Origin: Eledone cirrhosa | Taxonomy: Eukaryota | DNA: 64,000 nucleotides | Direction of reading: 5' to 3' | Assembly (NCBI GenBank): GCA_964016885.1 | Contig: OZ024744.1 | Location: 8,556,001-8,620,000, forward strand | Shown here: piece after piece, positions 51,712 to 64,000 of the stretch | Layout of the letters: every line of letters begins with the position of its first letter | Position numbering within the stretch: position 1 is the stretch's first letter | The notes under the pieces: generated by a model | Seen by the model: the letters and a program-made list of their open reading frames with translations, nothing else | Databases searched by the model: none | What the model was told of the DNA's origin: nothing | Program-made: the position numbers and the translations under genes

Positions 51712-54700
51712 GTTTGTATCTATTTATTTGTTTATTTATTTGTGTTCGTCTACAGCGTGATAGTTCCACACTAAAATCACTGGGGGTGATCAAATCACTG
51801 GGGGTGATCAAATCACCGGAGGTGATGAAATCACTGGGGGTGATGAAATCACCGGTGGTTATGTAACCATACATTCACCAATCCTCGATAAGAGTGTTTA
51901 AATGTCGAACCTAAACAGTTCGATCAACGATGAAGAGGAGACTGGAATGTCATGTGACAGACTCTCACCCAGCAGGTGCTCCCTGGTCCAGCTGCAGGGA
52001 CCTGGCTGTCATTCAAATACTGCTGGTGTTGGAGGAAGAAGAAGAAGGAAAGGGACAAGAGCTAACTGGACGAAAAAATTGAATAGAACTGTTATGCAAT
52101 GTTACCTGAAAAGTAACCCCAAGGAGAGGGGCTACAGGAAACGGATGCATAACATCTGGAACGAGATTGGTCTATTTAAATTAGATGAACAAAAATTGGC
52201 CGGGCAGGCTCGGGTAATAAGAACTAATGGGTGGATAAGCGAGCTGGAACTGGAGAAACTGAGCAGAGAGATTAGGTTGGAAATGGAGAGTGGAGTATGC
52301 CAGGCAAACGAGCCAGTGGGAAAGGAAGGTGAAGAGGTTGAGAGAATAGAGGAACCATCCGAAGCAGACTATGATCTGAATGCTGAAATAAATAACATCT
52401 GGAACAAAGATGCGGCCATTGAGGAAATGAATGCTGACGGGCTAGGACAAGATTTGGTTGATATCCTAAACTTAGTGGTAGTGGAAAACCTATGAACTTA
52501 AGATTTGTAGACAGGAAAAAGTTAAAAGAAACAACAGCTAAGGTAAACAAAGCCATCCCATACCTTGAGGCGAGGAGCCTTCACCAGTGCAACAATATCC
52601 TCAAAGCAACAGCAAATACGGTGAGGAAACTACTTGGTATAAAAGCGAGAGGAAACAACAAACAAGAAAGATCAGAACCTTGGTGGAAGAAACGAGTGAA
52701 TGGTCAAATCAGGGAAATGAGAAATGAGAAATGACATTGGAAAGCTTGAGTCCCTACTGAATGGGACACTAAAAATGGACTGGAAATAAAGTACAAAACT
52801 AGGGGGAAAAAGCTAAATATTATCATAGAGGAACTGAAGCAACGCATTGTAGCAAAGAGTGTAAAAATCAGGCGATACGAGAACAGAGTCAGTCAGTATA
52901 GACAGAACCGCATGTTTGACAACAACCAGAAGATGCTGTTTGGACAGCTTGAAGGGAAAGAAAGAGGCAACGACTTGATACCTGAGGCGGAACAAACTAA
53001 GACATTCTGGACAGGAATATGGGAGCAGGATGTTACACATAATGACCAGGCACTGTGGATTGAGACAGTACAATAGGAGATTAGTGAACAGGCACACCAA
53101 AAACCTGATTTGAGTACACAGTTGAAATTCTTAAGGGGCAGGCCAAAAAGCAACTGGAAATCAACTGGAAATCACCAGGCACAGATGGTGTGCAGGGGTA
53201 TTGGATTAAAAATATAACATCCCTCCACCCGAAACTGACAACCGTGTTCAATGACTGCTTGATGTCGGGTGAGGTACCAGAGTGGTTGACAAATGGTACC
53301 ACAGTTCTGGTAATGAAAGACCGAATCAAGAGTAATGATGTTACCAACTATAGACCTATCACATGTCTGTCCGTAATGTGGAAACTGTTGACAAGCATTA
53401 TGTCTGAGGAAATCTACCATCACCCCCACACAAACAACTTGTTACCGGACGAACAGAAAGGATGCCGAAAGAAGTCACGTGGTACAAAGGACCAGTTGCT
53501 TATTGATAAGATGGTTATGAGGAATTGCAAGAGGAGACACACTGGTCTTGCTATGGGATGGATAGATTCTAAAAAGGCATTCGGCATGGTACCTCATTCT
53601 TGGATAACCAAAAGCCTGGAGATCTTCAAGGTAGCAGATAACCTAAGACAGTTGTTGGGCAAAAGTATGAAGTCCTGGGAAACAGTGTTAACATCGGGTG
53701 GAGAATCCTTGGGAAGCGTGAAGATCAAGAGAGGTATCTTCCAGGGAGATAGTCTGTCCCCTCTGTTGTTTGTCCTTGCCCTGATGCCTCTGATCATTAT
53801 ATTGCGAAAAGTGAGTGCAGGGTACAAGTTGGGAAAAGGAGAACTTACCATCAATCACCTCCTCTTCATGGACGATCTTAAACTCTTTGGAAAGAGTGAG
53901 AAGGAGTTAGATGTGCTTGTTGACACTGTCCGTATTTTCAGCAATGATATTTGGATGGAGTATGGAATTTGGTATTAATAAGAGGGGAATCCTAGTGATG
54001 AAGAGGGGTAAATTGAGCAGAAGTAACGGAATCCAGGTACCAACGGTTGAAATGATAAAGGAAATGGACACTGAAGAAGGATACAAATATTTAGGTGTTC
54101 TGGAGGAAGATGACATCAAGAACAAAAAAATGAAGGAATTGATAAGAACTGAATACATTCGGAGAGTATTAAAGTCACATCTGAATAGTAGGAATGTCAT
54201 AAGTGTAGTAAATTCCCGAGCTGTGTCTATTATTATGTACAGTGCGGGAATTCTGAGATGGAATGTTGCTGAACAAAAAGAAATGGATAGGAAGACTAGA
54301 AAGCTATTGACTATCTACAATATGTTCCACAAGAGGAGTGATGTCGATAGACTCTACTTAAGGAGATCTGAAGGTGGAAGAGGTCTTATCAGCATAGAAG
54401 ACTTTGTTCAGATGGAGAAAAACAACCTACACAAATACGTGACTGATAGTAAGGAGCCAATGCTCAGAACTGTACTGAAGGAGGGGACAATAGACCAGGG
54501 GATGTTCAATGAGTAAATAACAACAAGGAGGAAGAGCAACCTTCATGAAAAATCCCTTCATAGTACCTTCTTTGAGAAAACTGAATTTAGAGATCCACAG
54601 ACATGGAACTGGTTAAAAAGAGGAGACCTTAAAAAGGCTACAGAAGGAATGCTAATGGCTGCGCAAGAGCAGGCCCTCAGAACGAAGTGGGTGCAACACC

Positions 54701-55362
54701 ATATTTACAAGGACGAGGCTAGCTCACTGTGCAGGATCTGTGGAGAGAGAGAGGAGACTGTGGCTCACATTGTATCCGAGTGTAAACACCTATAAAGGCT
54801 GGAGACATGATGTGATGGGCAGGGTGATCCATTGGCACCTATGCAAAGTAAACAATTTACCACATTCTGAGAGGTGGTATGAGCATAAGCCAGAGTCGGT
54901 GATAGAAAACAATCAGGTGAAGGTGCTGTGGGATTTTAGGATACAGACGGACAAGAAACTGGAACACAATAGGCTTGACCTGGTGGTTTTGGACAAGGAA
55001 AAAAGATCGTGCCTGATTGTGGATGTGGCCTGCCCATTCGACACGAGAGTGCAAGAGAAGGAGAGGGAGAAAATTAACCGATACCAGGACTTAAAGTGGG
55101 AGGTAAAAAGGATTTGGAACTGCCCTGAAATCAGAGTCGTCCCGATTGTCATAGGCGCACTGGGGACTACTCCAAGAGTTTCCAAGGATGGTTAAAGAAA
55201 GTTAGTCCACCCCCGCTTTTTGGAACACTTCAAAAGGCATGCTTGCTGGAAACAGCAAGAAACCTCCGATACGTCCTGAATATCTGAGGCTGCAGGTAGT
55301 GGCTTGATATTCATTTCAACAAATTCTCCAGTTAACTAACATCAATGACTGAGACTCAAAGT
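51712..55362 (+). mobile_element. R4/Dong-clade non-LTR retrotransposon, apparently full length, frameshifted single ORF (RT + zinc knuckle + RLE)
   Basis: N-terminal WT..LN..VMQCY..S.P..GYRKRM..IW. RT YRPITCL, EQKGC, GIFQGDSLSPL, HLLFMDDLKL, YKYLG, GGRGL. CRIC...ETVAHI..C, RHD and the RLE motifs follow. TAA tail at 55363-55385. Confidence 0.93.
51774..51862. repeat. 18-bp tandem repeat AAATCACTGGGGGTGATC/G x5 in the Dong 5'UTR
   Basis: Read directly. Each unit is a mini-hairpin (ATCAC..GTGAT). Confidence 0.92.
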
Positions 55363-56044
55363 ATAATAATAATATTAATAAATATGAAAACTAAAATCCA
55401 AATATATATAAGGGCATTAACTCTGACATAGCTCCCTATATGCAATACCTATGTATGTATACATATATATATATATATTAATGTTTAAATATTGAGCCTT
55501 GTTATTCACCGGTTTATATTATGTGTGTGTGTATGCGTGTGTCTGTATGTTTGTCTTTGTGGTTGTGCCTGAACTTCGCGGTTGGACAAGAAAAATGAGA
55601 TAATAAAATAAGTACCAGACTCGAAAAAATAAGGACTGTGGTCGATATGATGGACTAAATCAAAGCGGAACACCCGCATGGCTGCACTATAATGGTTAAA
55701 AAACCCAGAAAGTGTAAAAAATAAATGAAATTTAAAAAAAACAGTAGTCACTGCCAGGAAATCTATGCAGCGATGAGCAAAATTAATCTATTTTAACATG
55801 CAATATTTACGTCATAGAAATATGAAATAATAAATGACATATTTATATACTCATGTATTCTTTTAAAGGTTTCAGTCATTAGACTTTATTCATTGTTTGT
55901 TTGTTGTTTTTCATTCAATTTGTTTTATATTTCATTTTTTTATCTATCATAGCTTTCTTTCAAGAAAACGTTAACCCTTTTGATAAACATCATAAACGTG
56001 GTTTTATGGATTAGGACAATGGGATTGATGAGTTAATATCTGTA

Positions 56045-57830
56045 TACAACAACTACAACGGTACGCGATGGGGCCCACCCACAGCCCCGGTGGGCAGAAT
56101 GGAGAAGGCGTTTACCCGGAGAACGGCAAGGGAGACGCGCTGGAAAAGTCACTCCAAATCGCGGGGCTCACACCTGAGTAAGGAGGTAACTCTGGGGCCG
56201 AGGACACCAGAAGTCCCACTGCCAGGGGTACGACCGCAAACCTGTCGGAGAGCGGCCGGTATTTGAGGAGTTTGGCTCCCTCAGCCCGACGTGCAGCATG
56301 ACCTGGGTCAGTCGCAGACTGCACCAGGTTGCGGCTGCAGAAAGTGTCGGTGCAAGTGGCATGCCAGACGAGGGGTTTGCCCCCGCGAAACGGGAAGATG
56401 GTCATGCCATCTGGCCTTTTGCCGTCCCCTCAATCCAGCCCCACAGCCTCGAGCTGGGAAGGGAAGCCTGCAGCGTCCAAGCCATGCTTAATGACCTCGT
56501 TGAGGGCAGCATGGCGTGGAATGCGGCAGGCACTGTGGCGACAGGAAAGCGGGTGGAGGACGAAAGAGTCCACGGTGGAACCGCAGCGACATTGGTGTGG
56601 CTGGCAGATCCGGACGCCGATTCGTAGGCTATGGTTGTCTAGCTGCGTGCCAGTGGAGAAGGAGGGCAGAGCATCGAGCCAGGCACCACTGTGGGGTTTG
56701 GAGGCCGCACGAAAACAAGAAAGGCGGTGCTGGTCGAGCTTGCGCGTGAGCCTGTCTGAGGCCAGGCTGCACAGGATGGCAGCATCCCAAGTGCGTTGGG
56801 GGGACTTGACGTCAACAGGGGGAGAAGGAGGAGGGATGTCTACTGGGCTGAGTCTCAGCCGGTCCCACGTCTCACAGGCGGCCTCACGTTCTCTGAACAC
56901 AGAGGGTTCTGTTGTGTTTGAAGAACCCTACTGACAAGGACGCTGCACGAGGTTACCGACGAAAGATACGCCGGCAAAGCTAGTGAGATCGGGGACCAGA
57001 GGCCAAGGCCGCCATACCTGACAGGTAAAGTGGCCTATTGCCACCCTATGTCGTCAAACTTGACGTTGCATAACCACTCGGCTGCTGCTCGGATACAAGT
57101 ATCAAGGTCAGCAAGGGGAGATGTCTGGGTGTAGCACGGAGCTCTGCGGAGTGTATAGAGGAACTGGGTTAAACAATCTTAGTCGGCTCGTGAGAGTCTG
57201 GAACTATTGAAGCTGGACTTGTTGGTGGAGCAGAAGGCCGGCGGGTGGATCGGTGACCCGAGGATGAGAAAATCTTCTTTGTGGGTCAACTGAACCTGGT
57301 GGAGAATGGACAACACGTCCAAGACGGAGGCTGCAAAGCTCGCAGCATCGAGGCTGACATTCACCACCTCCGACTTGGCCGAGTTGACCTGGAGGCCGAT
57401 TCCCAACAGGCCAGTAACCACCGATTGAAGGTCATGGCAGACCGTCCGTACGGGCCCGTCCAACTTAGCATCATCCAGATGCCAAATGTTGAGAGGGGCA
57501 GTGATACTCCGGGTGATGTGGTCAATACCAAGGGCGAACAGGAGGGGTCCCAAAGGGTCGCCCTGATGGACCCCAGTATCCGAGGGTATGACCGTATCAG
57601 CAGCAAGGAGTATGCTTGGGGCTCCATATGACAGGTAGGCCAGCGGGTAGGCAGAGGGGGCTCGGCTGAGGCAGGCCTCGAGCAGATGATCCCATGTAAA
57701 GAGTTGACGGCATTCCTCATGTCAAGCTCGACAATGAGATGCCTGGAGTCCCTGGATGCCGGTTCCGGTGGGCAGCTGTTGAAGAACTGCCTGGTTGCAT
57801 GAGCGGCCCCTCACAGCCACCGGACTAAAC
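56045..57830 (-). mobile_element. CRE-clade non-LTR retrotransposon fragment (RT C-half, zinc finger, RLE)
   Basis: QGDPLGPLLFALGI, WHLDD, HSGAWL.A.P, HQCRCG..VD...H.LSC, RHAALN, DGKRPDGMTIFPF..GK.LVW..TC.DT and AE.AK..KY. Confidence 0.85.
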
Positions 57831-58019
57831 TCCTCACCCACTTCGTGTAGTCATGCTGGGAAACCGCTCTAAGGTGATCTTAGTCTACCATTTCAACAAC
57901 TGTACAACTTTCTATCAAGTCCGGTATTCGGTCTATTGATATATTTTGGTCTAAAGACATCCATAAACGTAAACACTGATCCACACGCATTCTCCTATAT
58001 ATATATTTATATATATATA

Positions 58020-60098
<2,079 letters not shown>

Positions 60099-60100
<2 letters not shown>

Positions 60101-61745
60101 CTTTGAATAACTTTGAAATGTTTTGGCCAGTATTGGCCCAGGCCATGTCTAACTTAATAGCACCACCTGGCGAAGTCTTTCAATTCAGGAGTTGGGCACC
60201 ATGGCCCATTCGAGAAGAGAATTACAGTTTGCGGAGACATATCCGGGTGTGGGTGGTTTGTCCGGGATTACTTGGAGGAATTTGTCCAAAGACTTCTTGA
60301 ATTTTGTGTGGTCAGTTTCTGTTTTGACGTGTCCTGGTGTGATGTTGAAGAGAGCAGGGCCGATTGAGGTGAAATAATTGTGCCGTATTGTTGTTATGAG
60401 TTGCGATTTAGATTTTTGTTTGGGACGGATAGCACGAGGCCCAAGCCTTGGGTGTATTTTGAAGGTGATGCCAACATCATTTGGGCAGTGCTGATGAAAC
60501 ATTTTCCATATCATGCAGATAATATAACTCTCACGGCGACGTTGGAGTGAGTAAAGTTTCAGCTTTTCTAGTCGACCCCAGTAGTCAAGGTCTGACATGC
60601 CATCTATCTTTTTCGTGATTGCCCTTTGGGGAGCTTCAAGCTTCATGATACTTTGTTTCGTGGGGGGAGACCACAGTGGACAACAGTATTCAAGGTGTGG
60701 TCGGGCAAAAGTGGAGAAGAGAAGGATAAGGGCGTGGGAATCTCTCGACTGGAAGGTTCTGAGGATCCAGGAACACATTCTGCGGGCCATGTCAACTTTG
60801 CTGCTTATATGCGTGGCCCAGCTTATGTTGCTGTCCACGGTTACTCCCAAGTCTCTGATGTTGTTAGATCCCACGAGAGTTTCACCGGACGGAAGGGAGT
60901 ACGGGAGTTTCAGAGCATCCTCTTTTCCAAAGTGGATCAGTTCGAATTTCTCTTCGTTCAGTAACATGTTGTTCTTTTCCGCCCATTGGGTAACAGCCAG
61001 TAGGTCTGACTGAAGGCTTATCCGGTCATCCACGCCATTGATGACCTTTTGGAGCTTGGAATCATCAGCGAAAATTGTAATGTTGCTGATGATGTCAGTG
61101 ATGTCATTAATATAGATGATGAAGAGAAGTGGGCCCAAAACAGTGCCTTGTGGGACCCCACTACTGACTTTGGCTGGGCTGGATTTGACTCCTTCGACTA
61201 CAACATGTTTGGTTCTGTTTGACAGGAAGCTCTTGATCCACTGCAGCAGCATTCCAGTGACACCAATATTGGACAGCTTTCTCAGTAGAATGTTGTGATC
61301 AACCCTGTCAAAGGACTTGCTGAAATCAAGGTAGATAACATCAGTGTTGGAACCCTCTCCCAAGGCTCTCTCAATGTCATCAAAGTGATGCAGTAGCTGC
61401 GTGAGGCAATCCCTTCCATTACGGAATCCATGGTGGTTGGAGTTCAGCATATTGTTACTCTCAAGGAAGTGAGTCATTCGCGATCTCACCACTCTCTCAA
61501 ATACCTTAACGATATGAGAGGTGAGTGAGATTGGACGGTAATTCACGGCAAGGGATTTGTTTCCTTTTTTGAAAACTGGGACAATAGAAGGTTTTCTGGC
61601 ACATATCCAGCATCCAGTGAGTTCCGCCACAGATTGGCAAGAGGAGATGCAAGTTGGTGTTGACACGCCTTCAAGACACAAGCAGGGAACCTATCGGGAC
61701 CTACTGCTGAATTATGCTTGATTTCCTTTATTGCCGCTAAGACAT
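60099..61745 (-). mobile_element. CR1-group LINE, 5'-truncated, RT largely open
   Basis: ORF 60185-61681 has NYRPISLTS, YLDFSKSFDRVDH, SGVPQGTVLGPLLF, FADD, RDLGV and RPHLEYC..W.P. Short tandem tail (TTCAAAGTTA)2. (TA)n on both sides. Confidence 0.93.
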
Positions 61746-61753
61746 CATATATG

Positions 61754-61784
<31 letters not shown>

Positions 61785-61800
61785 ATGTATATATATATAT

Positions 61801-61905
61801 GTATGTAGATAAATCTACCAAGGGTTTACGGTAGTGTCCAATCCGTATGAAGAACTCAATGTAATCCGGATATCATGGAAAGAAGAGATGCAATGAAAAA
61901 TCACT
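61801..61905 (-). mobile_element. Solo copy of the 5' terminal (pLTR-like) segment of the 13.5 kb PLE family
   Basis: Reverse complement of ~13525-13627, lying between (TA)n tracts. Confidence 0.75.
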
Positions 61906-62077
61906 TTCGGTGAAAGATAAACGGAATACAGAGTCAAGATAAAATATTAAAAAAATAATGAATAAAACAATTGTTTTATAAACATTGTTTTATTCATTAT
62001 TTTTTTAATATTTTATATATATATATATGTATGTATATATATATGAATATGTATATATATATATATGTATATGTATG

Positions 62078-62176
<99 letters not shown>

Positions 62177-63040
62177 ATATATATATGTATGTATATATAT
62201 ATATATATGTATGTATATATATATATATATGTATGTATATATATATATATGTGTATGTATGTATATATATATATGTATGTATATATGTATGTATGTATAT
62301 ATGTATGAGGGAGCTTATAGATAGGACAACACACGCTGTCTTTTCGTGGGGGTAAGTTTTTAATTAATTTTTGTATTCTGAAACATCAAAATACAACAAT
62401 TTGTTGGTCACTGGACTCGGGAATGTCACGACAGAAGTTTGTGGAAGTTACACAAATATTTTAGTATATTTTAGCAGAGCAATCCTTATTTATATTTTAC
62501 ATTTTACATTTACTTACATCTCAATATAACATGGCTAAAATTCAAATTTTGCAAAGAGAAGAAAACGGTCAAATGAACTAGATACATCTCACTGTCCCCC
62601 ACCACCACAATAACGTCTACACTCTCTCCCCACCATCACATGTCATTACACTATCTAGACTAAAGTCATCGACCTGTTGTCAAACTCTCTACTCTCTGTT
62701 GAATGTGTATATATATATATATATGTGTGTATATATATGTGTGTATATACATAACTCAGTCAAACGACCAGATTTCAACCCCAACATCTACAACAACAAC
62801 ACCAGCACTAATGTTTACAGCAACAACAGCTTCAGAATGAACTGAAATGAACATTTACAACAACAACAACAGCGGCATCAAAAGATAAAAAAAAAGAAAA
62901 AGAAGGGAAAAAAAACAACAAAAAAAACCCCTCAAAATAACAAAACACACACAACACAACAACAACATCAACTGCCACCACCACCACTACCGCCGCCGCC
63001 ATCACCATCACCAGCGACCGGGCCTTAAGAAAACAACTTT

Positions 63041-63197
63041 AATAATAATTTTTCTGCTTTTGGCACGGATCCAGCGACTAGCCCAGCGCATCACTGGTAC
63101 TCTCTTTTGTTGACTCCGTGGGGATGAAAGGCAAGGTTGACCTCGGCGGGATTTGAGCTCAGAGCGTGGAGGGCCGTGACTCTATGCTGTAAAGCAA
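63041..63197 (-). mobile_element. tRNA-derived SINE, diverged, with (ATT)n tail
   Basis: GGATGAAAGGCAAGGTTGACCTCGGCGGGATTTGAGCTCAG matches the SINE family. Confidence 0.8.
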
Positions 63198-63297
63198 TTA
63201 TAATAATACTGGACTGTAGTACGATCGGCTTCAACTATACAAACTCTTGAAAGTGAATAGTTGACATAATCTTGTAATCTTGTATCAGTAATGACGG

Positions 63298-63344
<47 letters not shown>

Positions 63345-63385
63345 GAGAGTAAAACAAAGAATCCTTTAATACATCAAAAGTTTTT

Positions 63386-63431
63386 ATTAGCCGACAATGT
63401 TTCGTCCTATTAAGGACTCTTCAGGGCAATT
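63386..63431 (-). ncRNA. Canonical minimal type I hammerhead ribozyme (PLE pLTR-type)
   Basis: Minus strand AATTGCC-CTGAAGA-GTCCT taat AGGAC-GAAAC att GTC/GGCTAAT, with an intact core and a GUC cleavage triplet. Confidence 0.85.
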
Positions 63432-64000
63432 AAAACAACAAGAAGTAATATCGGCAGATACAAGCCGGAAGCTCCGAAGAATATGGAGTGTACATACACT
63501 AAAGTCTTGCAAAAATATATAATAAAAATAAAAATAATAAAAATATATAATAAGAATAACTAAGGATGTATATAACATTAAGAACCATATTACAAATATA
63601 GTCCGAAGCAACTAACCTAAAGCTAAACAAAGGTGGTTATATAGAGCAGGAATTATATATAACACAATGTAATATAATATAATACATTATAATAATATAC
63701 CTTTACCAACATTAAAATTACAATTAAAAAATCAAAAGGTACAATATATACATGTATATATGTGCGCACATACACACACACACACACACACATACAACAA
63801 TACGCACATCTATGTTCAACTACACAAATTAAGCCTTATTAGAAGTTTGAATATAAAAATAAGCATGATAAGAGTGAAAATAATAATAATACAAATACAT
63901 CCACCCAACATACATGAGGTAATAATATGATATACAAGAGACACATATAATAAATAATAAACAATAAAATTATATAATTCAATTCGAAACATTGTCGGCT

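Noticed and set aside
51774-51862. Palindromic 18-bp repeats as a CRISPR array
   Set aside because: No spacers; part of the Dong 5'UTR.

Overview
AT-rich, repeat-saturated animal genomic DNA, most likely octopus/coleoid cephalopod (inferred from the tRNA-derived SINE type and very long (TA)n tracts). There is no intact host gene. The only host-like coding signal is three degenerate minus-strand exons (5.7-10 kb) resembling the C-terminal part of a GH38 alpha-mannosidase. The rest is mostly retroelements, which sort by simple-repeat context. (1) A ~29 kb nest (26.2-55.4 kb) holds six Tx1/L1-clade LINE copies with minus-strand 3' ends, four R4/Dong-type RLE LINE copies on the plus strand and SINE pieces; nearly every junction is an (AAT)n run. 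(2) Five Penelope-like elements (PLEs) plus solo pLTR pieces lie mostly beside (TA)n tracts, with hammerhead-ribozyme motifs at five loci. (3) Single CR1, CRE and RTE-like fragments occur, the last running into a 2 kb (GAA)n tract. Notable details are SINE 3' tails that resemble the Tx1 and CR1 3' ends, a twin-priming-type 5' inversion in a Tx1 copy, a covarying 5'UTR hairpin and a conserved splice donor at the Tx1 ORF1 stop. All family calls come from motif recognition by eye; no searches were run.
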